From Paraspadella gotoi (taxonomy: Eukaryota; Animalia; Chaetognatha), in assembly GCA_051294375.1 (NCBI GenBank), contig CM119264.1, forward strand, positions 4,241,392-4,305,391: 64,000 nucleotides of DNA, written 5' to 3'. Under the pieces are notes generated by a model. That model was given only the letters and a program-made list of their open reading frames with translations, ran no database searches and was not told the origin of the DNA. Below, piece by piece: positions 1 through 14,883 of this stretch. The translations under genes and the position numbers were made by a program. Numbering within the stretch: position 1 is the stretch's first letter; every line of letters starts with the position of its first letter.

Positions 1-2055
1 TGCGGCGGCAGCGGCGTGCGGCCGGCGGGCTCCTGCCATTTCGCACCAGAGCACTTTGGCATTTGAACCTCATTCGCTTTTCCCGGAAATCGAGTGTAGG
101 AGCAGAGGATGAGAGGAGCTTATGCAATAGACGGAGAGACAAGGAATGATAGGAGCCAAACGACGACGGGTCAGAGCGGACGAATTGAGCAATGAAAAAT
201 GATAGGAGCTGATGAATAGGGGAAGTGATGAACGATGGAATGAGAGCGAAAAAGGGAATGACGGAAGTCGATGATAGATGTTGTGATAGAGACGAGGAGA
301 GATGTGTGCAGTAGTGAGGAAAGAGAAGCACTGATGTATCGAGGAACGATAGCTCCTGCAGGAGCGAGTGTTGCTCGCTTCTTTATTACAATCGTTTATT
401 TTCAAAATCGTAAATATTGAATTAAAATTGTTCAATTGTTCACCGATATTTTTGATTGATTTTTTTTTTTCGAAACTCAATTCCCACACATTTTTTTTTT
501 TTGCCTTTTATTCGGTTAGATATTCGTCTAATTCCTTCTCGCTCCTTCTAATCCTTTGGCGGAAAAAAGGCAGAAAAAAAGGGACGGAGCAAACAACAAG
601 AGTGAGATGAGTGAAAGAAGACTTGATAGAGATGACGAGTATGGGAGCAGAGAGGAGAGAGAGATGATGGAGAGAGAGAGAGAGTGAGAGGATGAGAGAG
701 TGACGAGAGAGAGAGAGAGAGATGGGGGGAGAGAGAGAGAGAGAGGAGAGAGATTGGGTTGGCAGAGCAATTAGGCTTTAGAATTAATTTTTGCGTCTGG
801 CTCTGAGCGTGCGAGAGCCGTAGATGTTAGTAGGCGACACCTTTGCAAGCAACCGCTAGATCCGAAGAGATGAGAGGGAGAGAGAGAGAGAGACGGGAGA
901 GAATTTAAAACCTCCCCAGAATCCCGTGGCTTTAAACAAGGAAAATTCGGTTGGAAAACGCGTTTCTGAATTTTTTTTCTTTTTTTTTTTCATTTCGTTT
1001 TGAGTTGAGGATGAAAAAGGTTGACTTTTCGAAATGAGAATTTGAAGAAAGAGACCAAAAGAGATGAGATCGCAAAGTAAAGTGAAGATGATTAATACGA
1101 TGTCGTCTCCTAAGATGCCCGAGGCGGCGGGGAATTCACTCATCGGCTTTTTGGACCTCAGTGACCGCCTTCGCTAAGATATTCGGAGAATTAACTCGAG
1201 ACTCGGAGGCTGACGGAGTGAAGCGGTAAAAAGATTTTCGGGTCATGCCGCCACAAAAATCTTATAATTTTAAAAAGAGATTAAAAATCGTCGAGACAAG
1301 ATCATGGAAAGCTTGTCATAGCACCTCAAAAAAAAAGAAAAAAAGAAAAGCTCAAAATAATTAGATCTTGAGAAAGTTTAAATAAAAAGTTTTATTATAA
1401 AGTTAAGACGACCATGTTGAAGGAAAATGTTTTTGACCTAAAAACAAAAACAAACAAAAAATCTCAGTTTTCCGATTCTTCTTTTTTTCTTTTTTCTTTC
1501 TTCTTTTTTTTTCTTTCTTTCTTTCCTTTCCTTCTTTTTTTTCTCTTTCTTTTTTTTGGCTCCAGAAAGATTTTTTTTTCCTTTGGGTAACGAAATCCGA
1601 AATGGCGATACACAGAAGGGCATCGACAGGCTCTGACTCTGGCCGTGTTTTGTTTACATCCGGGACTTGTTTGTTTATTTCAAATTACTTTCTTGGCTGG
1701 TAATGAAACTTGGTTTATATCCGGGTTTATTTACTGAATTCTGTTTCAACTACAATTTCATTACATTTCATTCATTCATTCATTTCATTCATTTCATTCA
1801 ATTCATTCTTGTAGATTTCACTTTTTATTTCTAGTTTTTTCTCTAAATTCAAGAACATCCGGGTATCACGTTTATTTCATCTCCATCCGAATTTTTTTAC
1901 AACCACAAAAGGTGAAGCATGAAAAAGAATCCTTACGTCTTCGACCTGGAGAGCAGATTTAGCGACGCACAGCAACCGACACGGTGACGAAAGTTGTGAG
2001 AACAAAAGAGCAACCGGTGACATTTCCGGAGCTCTCTCTTTCTCTCTCTCTCTCC

Positions 2056-2195
<140 letters not shown>

Positions 2196-3240
2196 TCTGA
2201 CGGAATTTTTCTTTTATTTTCATTTATTTATTTTATATTTTTGCCAGTTCACCGACCGCGAGTGTCTCCTTGCCCTTCGCGTGAAGAGATCTCTATTCTC
2301 TTGGGCGCCAAAGTTAGAGCATTCATTGTCTCCGATTTCAAATCCTCTCGGCGCCGGAATCTCCGGCCGCCGCCGTCGAAACCGCCGCCGAGACCGCAAC
2401 TGCCGACAGTTGAATTCCAAATCTCTTTCTTCACCGGACCAACTCGATCGGCAATTTCGATTCTTAAGACGTATCACTGACATCACAGAACGCCGATCAC
2501 AGATCACAGATTCTCCAGAGACCAACATATTCTTGATCATGATCAATTGGTAAACTCAAGTATCTCTGCCCTTTTATTGTTTCAGCAACCAAGCCTTCAA
2601 TGATTCTTGAGGAGTGGCAAAGTGTGGCGTCCAGATTTTGAGATCATTCGAGATCTGACCCAACGCTCTTAGCCAGGATATATAATTATATATTATATTA
2701 TGTATTATATAATTATATATTAATGAACTTGGATAATTTCTTTGGGAGAGAGAGACATTCTAACCGAAGGACTCCCTGCCCCCGGGGCTGCTAGGCCCAC
2801 TGCCCTTTTGCCCTCGAGGGGCCTGTCGTTGCCCCCGAGAGGCCTTTTGTCGCCTAGCGAGAAAGAGANNNNNNNNNNNNNNNNNNNNNNNNNNNNNNNN
2901 NNNNNNNNNNNNNNNNNNNNNNNNNNNNNNNNNNNNNNNNNNNNNNNNNNNNNNNNNNNNNNNNNNNNNNNNNNNNNNNNNNNNNNNNNNNNNNNNNNNN
3001 NNNNNNNNNNNNNNNNNNNNNNNNNNNNNNNNNNNNNNNNNNNNNNNNNNNNNNNNNNNNNNNNNNNNNNNNNNNNNNNNNNNNNNNNNNNNNNNNNNNN
3101 NNNNNNNNNNNNNNNNNNNNNNNNNNNNNNNNNNNNNNNNNNNNNNNNNNNNNNNNNNNNNNNNNNNNNNNNNNNNNNNNNNNNNNNNNNNNNNNNNNNN
3201 NNNNNNNNNNNNNNNNNNNNNNNNAAAGAGAGAGATTGCA

Positions 3241-3272
<32 letters not shown>

Positions 3273-4402
3273 TCTCTCTCATCTTCTCTCTATCGGGTCC
3301 TCTCTCTCTCCTCTTCTGCTCTCTCTCTCTCATGCTTCTCTTCTCTCTTTCTTTCTCTTCTTTTCGAGTATTAGTTGGCCAAATTTTAAAATTTTCCTTC
3401 CTCAAAAAGATGTTGAGCCTCCTTTCCAATAGTCTCTCCCTCTCTCTTCTCTCCTCTCTTCTCTTCTCTCTCTCTCTCGTCTCTCTGTTCTTCTCTTATC
3501 CCTCCGTCCTCTCTCTTCTTCTCTCTCTTCTCGTCTCTCCATCATCTCGTCATCTCGTGCTCTCTTTCAAGAGAGAGTTTGTCCTCATTTCTATTTTGTT
3601 TCTTCTCTTTTCCCTTTTTTCTCCTTTTGTTTCGTTTCAATTTTGTCGTCCCAAATTTCCTTTCGTTTTCTTACTCATCGATTTTTGAAAAAAAATTTAA
3701 AGAAACACCAATTTTTTTGGCCAAAAAGAAAAAAAAGGAAAAGTCCATTTCCCTCTAAAGGGAAAATTTCTGTGGAGAAAGAGGAAAACTGTGGAGAGAA
3801 ACGAATCGCACGAATGACTGAAAAAGAAAAAATGCCGTAAGAAAAAAGTATCAAAATTCTGCAATTAAAAAAAAACCGAATGTACCGCAAAAAAATTTCA
3901 AGATAAACGAATGCCGAGAAATTTCCAATTTCAGGAAATTGTTCAACGCCTCGAATTGTTTTTTTTTTTTTTTTAAGTCTGGTTTTGTTTTGTTTTTGTT
4001 ATTTTTTTAGGGGGGAGGCGGAAAGTCGGGATGGATTTTATTATTTCCGGTGATATTCGATATTTGTTTCTTGATATATCGTATCAAAAAATACGGAGAT
4101 ACTTATTTATTATTTCGTTGTATAGCTCTAAACATTTATATTAAATTGAAATCTTACTAACGCAATAAAATTTAAAAAATGATAACAAACTTTCAAAACA
4201 TTTTTTTCCCTTTTTTTCTCTTTTTTCTTATTTTTTCCTCCCAAAATGAGGGCAGCTGGTGTCGCTGAAAATAAATATTTACATTCTGACGCCGATTGTA
4301 AACAAAAGATCATTCGTGGAACTCTGATAAGATGAATAAGCTAAAAAGATTAACGAGATGAGAGAGAGAGGAAAAGATGAAAGAAATGAGCAGATAGAAA
4401 AG

Positions 4403-4476
<74 letters not shown>

Positions 4477-6199
4477 GGCTCGGTGTTAGAACGATCAACA
4501 GAAGCAAGAAATGAGAAGGAAAAAGGTTCCGAGTTCAGATGGAACATACGAAAGGAGGAGAGGATATTTTCCTCTTCCTCCTCCTCCTCCTTCTTCCTCC
4601 TCCTCTTCATCGTCCTCTTCCTCCGCCACGTCTTTCGCTTCTCCATCCTCGTCCGGCCATCAGTGTTCTAACAAAGAATGGCTCTCTTCTCGTCCGTTCT
4701 CACTCATGTCGCTCATTCTCTCTATCTCATGCATCCTCTCTCTCTCATCTTTGACCTTTTCAGTCTTTCTCTTCTTCTCTCTCGCTCCTCCCTCTCTTCA
4801 GACTTCATCTCTCTCTGTCTTCTCATCTGCTCTCTTCTCTCGTTTTCATCTTCGTGGTGTTCCAATCGTCTCTCCTATCAATCTCTCTCATCTCTCTCTT
4901 CTCCTCTTCCAAGTATTTTATTTGCACTAAATCTTACGAATCATCCAATCTCCTCTGAAATTTTTCTTCTCTCTCTCTCTGTCAATCTAAAAAAAAAACA
5001 AGCATTAAGTTTTAATCTTATTTTACCCTCCGAATAACTCGTAGTAATAATCTTTAAAAGGATTAAATATTCTTCAAAATAGGTGATTACATTTTTCTTC
5101 ACAATGCTCCGAAATGCTCAAAATAATGCAAAAGAAAAACTCAAAATATTGTTTCAGTCAACTTCGCAAACCCATCGGGGTAGTTTGGTTTATTTCCTGA
5201 GAAATACAGATAATAAAAAAAAAATGTTAAATACATTATGCATACCTAATTTTTTTTTATCCGCGCGGGGGCGTGGATGGGAAACTAAGGGGGGGAGAAG
5301 ACGAGAGATGGGGGGGCGTTTAAGGAGAGAGAGAAAAGAAGGAGGAGGAGGAAGAGGAGGAGGAAGAGGAAGAGGAGGAGAACGGTTCTTAGAGTAGGAC
5401 AAAGTGGTAGAAAAAGAGGAGGAAGATATTGAACCTTCGTTGACGTAAAAGGTGATGGGAGGGAGGAAGAAGAGGAGGAAAAGAATGAGGAGGAGGAGGA
5501 TGAGGATGATTAAGGGAAAAGAGGAGAGTCTTAAGCCACGTTGAAGAAAGCGGAACCGCGGTGGCACCATAGAAAGCAATCAGTGAGTGCAGGACTTAAA
5601 TTCTCCGAAGGCTCGGGATTTTTTTTCCTGCTCTTCCTTTGGCTTAAGATTTAGTCTCTCCAGTTTTATTTTTCGAATCCAACAATTTCGAGGGGTTTTT
5701 TTTTTTCTCATCGGACATGGGAGATTATAACTTCGTGCAGTTATAAGTTATAAGTTCACCGCCACTACGCCCTACGGTAGGCTTCGCCGGGGATCTCATT
5801 CCCGGCATATCCCAGCCTCAATTCACGACGGGGATGAGAAAATGGCCAAAATTAAAGATTTTGAAAATATACAGTTGTAGGGAACAGTAGGAGAGTGCTG
5901 TGAGAACTGTCCCCTTATAGCCCGTTCTTACTGAGGTTTTTTTGTGACAAAGACTTATCTTAGACATCACATAGGCATCACATAGGTATCTATATTTTCC
6001 AGTCACAGACCCAATGAGCCACTTGCTCAGTTTTGCCCGGCGTAGCTTGCCATCGTTCCGATATCATTGCGTCATGTATTGTCTGATTTGTCATTGCAAC
6101 CGGGTCGCCCAAAGGCTTTCATATCCAAGACGTTGCTCAAGGTTCATTACCTCCCATCCTTGATCTAATACTTGTTTACAATCTCATCTTTGCGGGAGA

Positions 6200-6410
6200 A
6201 ATTCCCTCCAGATTCTTGCCGGATTCCTGCCCGATCTTTTAAAAATTCTCTTCCGAATTCTGTCCGATTCTTGCCCGATTTTTACCTGATTCTTGACGAA
6301 TATATTACCATTTACCAATTCTTACTATATTCTTTGCGAAATCTTTCCCGATTCTTTCCCGATTCTTGCCCGAATCTTTCCCGATTCTTTCCCGATTCTT
6401 GCCCGAATAC
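6200..6410. repeat. 11-bp array (CCCGATTCTTG/T), possibly MITE subterminal repeats
   Basis: More than 10 imperfect copies. Confidence 0.6.
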
Positions 6411-7530
6411 CTCTCTATTCTAGACAGAGTCTGAGGGATAAAGAATCCGACCGCTGAATGCTGCGCCCTCGGGTTAATCTCCGCCCTTCCCGCCTTTTGT
6501 AAAAAGGAATCGACACGACGCAGTGGGGGATCGAGCTTCTCAAACGGGTCTTGCGTTTTGAGTGGAGTGGCTCAATTCGATTCTGAAAATATCAAGTAGT
6601 AGTATAAATGGTAAGTTGGTTCCTACTATGTTATTATCTTGTAATCGGAGGTGTTTTTAAACACCATTGCCTGTCCAAAGTCAGGAGGCAAGATAGCTTA
6701 TTTAATAATTGTATTTAAAGCATTCATGGTTATGCCGATTTCGTATTATATCAATGTTTATCAAGTCGTTTCCAAAAAGATGGAAAAAGTCTTCAAAGCT
6801 TTCCGCTAGAACTTTTCTTCGGATTCGAATTGTAATTCAATTTGTATCGACCCGAAATTAATTGGGGTTTAAATCTTCTCTTTACCTCCAAATTCCTCCC
6901 CCCCCCACACACACGGCCAACCCCGTTGTTTTGTGTGAGGCAGAAATTCAAGCGAACGTCCTTCCCGTCGCGAACGAGACTCAATGCGCACCTCGCGCGT
7001 GTCACTCTAATATGTAGTGTATACGTGTCACTGAAGCGGGTAGAGTATGCAATAGTACGCGTGCCATTAGATTGATTAAGTGTGCAACTGTACTAGATTT
7101 GAATAATGCTAAAATGTGACGCACTTTGATTAGCATAAAAAAATAAATAAATAAATAAAAAAAAAATGATAGTTATACTTACCGCAATTTTGCATGTACT
7201 TCTATGATTAAATTTCGAGATCTCATTGAAAACTCTAAAATTCTATCTTTAGGATCTAATTCATATCAAACACTTTCCTATCGTTTGCATGATGCTCTAC
7301 AGTGTGTTTTTTTTTTTCGATGACGTGTGACGCTAAACCCTGTATTCCTCTTGCGTGACGCTCAACTGCGTAGTAAGCGCGAGTAGCGTAAAGCAAAGGA
7401 TTTTGAGTCTCGGATGGATTTCGGGCCAAAGAGGCCACAGAGGCCAAGAGGCCAAAGGTGGCGTGCCCTCTCGAGATCCAAAGGAAAAAAATGGAATCAA
7501 TATCATCATCGTCGTCGTCGTCGACTGCAG

Positions 7531-7567
<37 letters not shown>

Positions 7568-8249
7568 NNNNNNNNNNNNNNNNNNNNNNNNNNNNNNNNN
7601 NNNNNNNNNNNNNNNNNNNNNNNNNNNNNNNNNNNNNNNNNNNNNNNNNNNNNNNNNNNNNNNNNNNNNNNNNNNNNNNNNNNNNNNNNNNNNNNNNNNN
7701 NNNNNNNNNNNNNNNNNNNNNNNNNNNNNNNNNNNNNNNNNNNNNNNNNNNNNNNNNNNNNNNNNNNNNNNNNNNNNNNNNNNNNNNNNNNNNNNNNNNN
7801 NNNNNNNNNNNNNNNNNNNNNNNNNNNCTCTCTCTCTAGATTTGGCGTGCGAAGTCAAAAATTGTTACAACATTAAGAGGCGGATAACGCGCACTGATCA
7901 AGAGGATGACATGTTTTAACAATTTCTAATAAAAATTAGATTTTTCTTTAATTGAAAATCTTGGGAAAAATATTTGTGATGATAAACTAGGGAACGATTG
8001 TAATTGTAATTGTAATTGTGATTGTACAGAAGCCCTTACGATTCCAAGTTTACGATAAGTTCAAAGATGGCGTCTCCCTCCGTCTCCATAGCGACGAAGT
8101 AAAAAAAGCGCCTTTTGTTTTAAAACATAATTCCGTCTCGCCACCGTTTTACGCTAACGAGATTTTTATTTATGGATTCCGACTCGGAAAGAGTAAATAA
8201 CCATCTGGAGACCGGCGATATAATTTATCTTCTCCATCTTTTCCCTCCC

Positions 8250-8300
<51 letters not shown>

Positions 8301-8466
8301 CCTCTCTCTCTCTCTCTCTCTCTCTCCCCTCTCTCTCTCTCCCCTTTTCTTTCGCATTGATCACGAAAACCTTTTAAAACGCGGAGAAAACAATTCTCTC
8401 GCTCGTCGTGTTGAAATTGATATGAAGAGCAAAAGAGGGATTTAATGTAAAAGAGGAAGAAGTGGG

Positions 8467-8503
<37 letters not shown>

Positions 8504-8507
8504 AGAG

Positions 8508-8558
<51 letters not shown>

Positions 8559-9553
8559 AGAGAGACATATAAAGAGCACTTTGCAATTATTGTCTTCTTT
8601 ATGGACGAAAATGTCCAAAGGAGGAAAGACGTTTTTCTTTTTTCTCTCTTCGCATTTAACGAGAATCCGAATTAACTCCGAGAAAAAGTAAGAAAAAAAA
8701 TATATTCGGAATTGATATTTTATAGTATTTATTTATTTCTTTTTATCGCCTCGGCTGCCGAAATAATTTCTTTGGTTTACTGTTATTCATATTTATATTT
8801 AATTTTCTATAATTTATCCAATTTATTTTTTCAAATATAAGTCTATGTCAAATACAGGAAAAAAATATTTTTAAAGTGAAATCAATTTTAATCCATTTTA
8901 ATAATACCCAAATTTTGATCTTAAATCTTAGTCTGTTCCAAAAAGAAAAAAAAGTTGTAGGCCAAAAGGTAAGGTGAAGCGATGCGAGGTTGATCTCGGT
9001 GAATGAAATACAAATAAGCAGAAGTAAGTTTATAAAATTCTTTCACCAATTTAAGTCAAGTAACAAATATTAATATTCATTTTTCTCTTGAATCGAAGTC
9101 TTGAATATAAAAATATCACCTATCTTATGTCACCCGGAGTCACCGAGTTGTGATTATCAAGTGGCACGCCCCGCCGTCGCCCCGGTTTAATCTGTGTCAC
9201 AAGTTTTTACCCTTAAAAGGACGGTCTGAGTCCGTTTCACTCTCGCTGCATCTGTTTAGCCAGCAGGTGCATACAGAATTCCCAGTTTGTTTTCCACATG
9301 TTTAATCGAGGGCCCTTCTTTTAGGGACTTGAATTCCTGACTTGCAGGCGATTAAAAAAACGAAGTTCTTGTTGTTGTTTTTGAGGTTTATATCGTTGTA
9401 AGTTGTGATGAAGAGAGCTGGGTTTTTGTTTCGATTCAAAACTACTGCTTCTCACTAAATGCTACTTTCGTCTTTTTCCAACTTACAATTTTTTTGATGT
9501 CATTTTCCTTCGTTCACAATTTTTACTCCTACCTTCGTTCCTTTTATTTCCTC

Positions 9554-9656
<103 letters not shown>

Positions 9657-10333
9657 GCCCAACCCTTTTCTCCCCCCTCCTATCAGTCACTCCAGCAATC
9701 ACCCGGCCTCGTAATCCCGAACCAACAAAATCTAAATTGCGACATCAAACTATGCGAAGGCGTCGAACGACGCAGTTTACGGGGAAACGTCTCCCGCCGC
9801 AGCGTCTGCTCCTTTTTGCTGCGGCTGCTGCGGCGACGATCTTCAGCATCGGCATTCCACGTTTACGACGCCGTAAAAGAGTTTTTCTCTCTCGGTTCCG
9901 TTTTCGGCGTTTAAATTCGGCGGAAGAGAATCTTTTGCCGTTAGAGGGCGAAGAAGACGTCGGTTTAATAACGTGGCTGGTCGGTCCATCAATCAATCAA
10001 TCGATCAATCAATCAATTAACCATTCAATCAATCAATCAATCTGGACCAGACACTCTCTCAATCAAACAACCAGTAATAAAGTCAGTTCATTCAGTCAAT
10101 ATTTCAGTTAGTCGACAACTGAACCACTGAGCTACTAGGAAAACAGCTCAGTCTGTCATTTAATTAAAATCGTTATTTATTTATAAAAATATTAAATTAA
10201 TTCAGTAAAACAAGAGAGCAACGACAAGAGGGAAACGATTTCTTCTCCACAAACGCCACAGCAAACGACCACATCTGGGCCTCATCCACAGCACCATCTC
10301 GCCGCCAACAATGAGACACCAACGGCTTCGACT

Positions 10334-10364
<31 letters not shown>

Positions 10365-13243
10365 AGCCGCCGCCGCAGCCGCAGCCGCTTTTTCTCACTC
10401 CTTCCTTCTGCCAACGATCTTTTTCTTTTTTTATTGTCGAAATGAAATCGACTCCTTTTTTTCCTTTTTTTGTTCCTTTTTTTGTGTTTTGTTCTTTTTT
10501 GTTCTTTTTTTTTCTCGCGCTCTCGAAAATTCTCGACTGAGATCGGATTCGAGAGCGAGACAGGTCCTATTCGAGAGGCGGTTTCCACTCGTAAATTACA
10601 GAGGGCGGATTTTTTTTTTCGTGAAACAAAAGGCGACGCGAAAATCGGTTTGGGGATGAGAAGAGAGAGGTTCATCAATGCTCCGCCCTCTTTCCCTCCG
10701 CTGAGTTTGTTCGACGAGAAAAAGAAAGAAATGGAAAAAGAAGAGGCAAAGAAAAAAAATGGAAAAAAAAAATGGAAAAGTAAAATCAGGTCAAAAAATG
10801 AATATATAAAATAAATTTTAAAAAATTTAAAAAGCTAAAAAAAACAAACAAAAAGAACTTAAAGGAATGAGTAATACGCATATAAGAAATCATTTCCTGA
10901 GTTTTTTACTCCCTTCATTGCCAATTTGAACAAGTTGTTAACAATTTCTTTCTCAGACGCGTCTTTAGTACTTAGTATTTCCGGGTTTTGCCTCACAATT
11001 CTTGCCTCAAAACATTTGCTGTTTCCAATTTTAAAATTTTAAAAGCGACTTCAGCTTTTTCTTCTTTTAACTTTTTCCTCTTACATAGATTTTTTCACTT
11101 TTTTCTTTTTCTTCTTTCAACTTTATTTTTCATCTTTTTCATCTTTCCTTTCATTGACCTCATTTCACGAGTTTCTTTTCCGATTTAAGTGAAACCTCAG
11201 ATTTACTTTCCTTCTTTTTTCACAAAACTCATTATCCACGGAGCAAATGGACAACGACAACCATCACGGTTCCAATCGCTCCTTCACACCACAAAACTCG
11301 CCCTATTCCCCTCACTCTTCCTCCCCTCACTCCTCCTCCCCTCATTTCNNNNNNNNNNNNNNNNNNNNNNNNNNNNNNNNNNNNNNNNNNNNNNNNNNNN
11401 NNNNNNNNNNNNNNNNNNNNNNNNNNNNNNNNNNNNNNNNNNNNNNNNNNNNNNNNNNNNNNNNNNNNNNNNNNNNNNNNNNNNNNNNNNNNNNNNNNNN
11501 NNNNNNNNNNNNNNNNNNNNNNNNNNNNNNNNNNNNNNNCCTCCCCTCACCCCTCCTCCCCTCACTCCTCCTCCTCATCTTCTCTCCCTCCCCAAATCTC
11601 CTTCTCTTTTCCAAATCGAGTTTTCCAAAATTCCAAGGTCGAGCCCAAGTTTGCGGCGAAGAGAAAAAAAGAGGGGAGGGAGTGGCTGATGGTGAATGGT
11701 GATGGAGGTGAGTGGGGGAAAGTTGTGAACGAACGATTTGATGTTGCGAGAGGCGGAGGATGTCTGGTGGTAATCTTGTGAGCGGGAGTATAATAGTGGG
11801 ATCCGTGGTGATCGAGTAGCTTCCGTCAACTGTGTTGGGGGTGGAATTACAAGAGTGGTTTAGAGCGACTTTAGTGGGGGTTTCATGCATTCAAGGTTTA
11901 AGATGCAACGGATTCTTGAGAAGTTGATAGATTTTCAGATGGTAGCGTTTCTTTCCGCTCGATTGTATTAGAATGTGAGTAGGCGAGGGCAGCGTCTCGA
12001 ATAGAGAATCGGACGGGGGCGTTTAGTTTAAGAATGCAACGCATAGAGGTCTAGAGTAAGATACATTTTGTTTTTATCACTCTNNNNNNNNNNNNNNNNN
12101 NNNNNNNNNNNNNNNNNNNNNNNNNNNNNNNNNNNNNNNNNNNNNNNNNNNNNNNNNNNNNNNNNNNNNNNNNNNNNNNNNNNNNNNNNNNNNNNNNNNN
12201 NNNNNNNNNNNNNNNNNNNNNNNNNNNNNNNNNNNNNNNNNNNNNNNNNNNNNNNNNNNNNNNNNNNNNNNNNNNNNNNNNNNNNNNNNNNNNNNNNNNN
12301 NNNNNNNNNNNNNNNNNNNNNNNNNNNNNNNNNNNNNTTCATCCAAGCACTAACAACCCATTTTTCCTCGACCTTCGCGCCCGAGTTCTTCGGCCCTTAT
12401 GCAAGGGGAGGGAGGGAGGGACGAGGTTTTGAGCGGGGGGGAGTAACGGGGGGGCGGGGAATCTTGGCGCCGCGTTGCAAACGACGTGGGTGGGCCACGG
12501 CGATCCATGCATTCGCTCATGCAAAGGATTAGTTTCGACTGGGGCTAGAACCTAATACGTATGGGTTCGGAAGTTACTTTGCAGACGTCACTACTGGCCT
12601 TTGATAGTATGTTACAAACTCTTTTTAATTGACAATAACAATACAATACAATACATTTTACTCCAAAGGGGGCGGGATTGATCAACATTTGAATTGAGAC
12701 AATTGTCTTATTCAGCCAAAAAACAGACCGGATGTACTGTTTTCCGACTTTAGATAAACCCATGAGCGAGATTGGCGCACTGAATTAAAAGCCATTCATC
12801 GAGGCACTGCATTCATATATCATAAATTCGAGCACTACATTAAGGACCAGCATCCAGCGTCGACTCTCCCTCTATCCCCAACTCTCGATCAGCCGATAAG
12901 TTTCTTTCTCTCCTTCCTTCCCTTCGTCAGGAATGCGCGAGGACTCGTTCACCATCAGAATTCAATAAATCATTCTGACGAATGGACGCTGCGCACGTTG
13001 TACACGTTGTACACGTTGTACACGTTGTACACGCAATACAGTCTACATCATCGTCGTTCCTAAGAGTCTGTCTAATCTCCCATCAATGACCAATCAGTCA
13101 ATCACTTTATAGGTTTTCGCTTCAGTTGTGCGAATTATACAAAGTATTAACCATAGCAACACCATTTTTTCATATTTTTTTTTCCACCAAGCTATCTTAC
13201 CCCAGTTTTTCTACTATTAACCCCAAACATAATCCCTGCTGTA

Positions 13244-13278
<35 letters not shown>

Positions 13279-14852
13279 TCTCTNNNNNNNNNNNNNNNNN
13301 NNNNNNNNNNNNNNNNNNNNNNNNNNNNNNNNNNNNNNNNNNNNNNNNNNNNNNNNNNNNNNNNNNNNNNNNNNNNNNNNNNNAATTGACGAAACTTAAA
13401 ACAACAGTTTTCGTCGGATCTTAATTCTCACCACCCTCTTGAAAAACCACCCTCTTAAAAACCACCCTCTTGAAAAACCACCCTCTTAAAAACCACCATC
13501 TTTAAAAACCCTTTCACCATTCTTTTTTTTACCCAACCACCTTAAACCTTTTCCTTTCTTGACAACCATTTCCATCGAAGGCTTAATATTTTTTTTTAGC
13601 ATAGTAGCTTAAAATCTACTACTTAAATCTTAAAAATTTCAATTTTAGTGATTTTATATCAAAATATCAACGAAGGAAGTAGGCGTGGTTTATTAAAGGA
13701 GAAATAGGAGGAGTTTTATTGACATAAGAACAAACTTTGAAAACAAAATTGTAGCCTCTTCCTTATCCAAACCTCACCTAAGTTTCCCTAACTGACTTCA
13801 CGATCAATGTTTTCCACTCCATCTTTGCTGTAAACCCCTTTTCATTTCTTTAAACCTTCCCAACCCTTCAAACCTTCCTCTGCAGCCTGCAGCATCCCGC
13901 AGCACCACGCAGCACCACGCAGCACCCCCACCACCCCTCAGCCTTTNNNNNNNNNNNNNNNNNNNNNNNNNNNNNNNNNNNNNNNNNNNNNNNNNNNNNN
14001 NNNNNNNNNNNNNNNNNNNNNNNNNNNNNNNNNNNNNNNNNNNNNNNNNNNNNNNNNNNNNNNNNNNNNNNNNNNNNNNNNNNNNNNNNNNNNNNNNNNN
14101 NNNNNNNNNNNNNNNNNNNNNNNNNNNNNNNNNNNNNNNNNNNNNNNNNNNNNNNNNNNNNNNNNNNNNNNNNNNNNNNNNNNNNNNNNNNNNNNNNNNN
14201 NNNNNNNNNNNNNNNNNNNNNNNNNNNNNNNNNNNNNNNNNNNNNNNNNNNNNNNNNNNNNNNNNNNNNNNNNNNNNNNNNNNNNNNNNNNNNNNNNNNN
14301 NNNNNNNNNNNNNNNNNNNNNNNNNNNNNNNNNNNNNNNNNNNNNNNNNNNNNNNNNNNNNNNNNNNNNNNNNNNNNNNNNNNNNNNNNNNNNNNNNNNN
14401 NNNNNNNNNNNNNNNNNNNNNNNNNNNNNNNNNNNNNNNNNNNNNNNNNNNNNNNNNNNNNNNNNNNNNNNNNNNNNNNNNNNNNNNNNNNNNNNNNNNN
14501 NNNNNNNNNNNNNNNNNNNNNNNNNNNNNNNNNNNNNNNNNNNNNNNNNNNNNNNNNNNNNNNNNNNNNNNNNNNNNNNNNNNNNNNNNNNNNNNNNNNN
14601 NNNNNNNNNNNNNNNNNNNNNNNNNNNNNNNNNNNNNNNNNNNNNNNNNNNNNNNNNNNNNNNNNNNNNNNNNNNNNNNNNNNNNNNNNNNNNNNNNNNN
14701 NNNNNNNNNNNNNNNNNNNNNNNNNNNNNNNNNNNNNNNNNNNNNNNNNNNNNNNNNNNNNNNNNNNNNNNNNNNNNNNNNNNNNNNNNNNNNNNNNNNN
14801 NNNNNNNNNNNNNNNNNNNNNNNNNNNNNNNNNNNNNNNNNNNNNNNNNNNN

Positions 14853-14883
<31 letters not shown>

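Noticed and set aside
856-1220. ORF MSEFPAASG.. with a hydrophobic stretch, or alternative terminal exon ..AKAVTEVQKADE*
   Set aside because: No recognisable domain and no consistent neighbouring exons.
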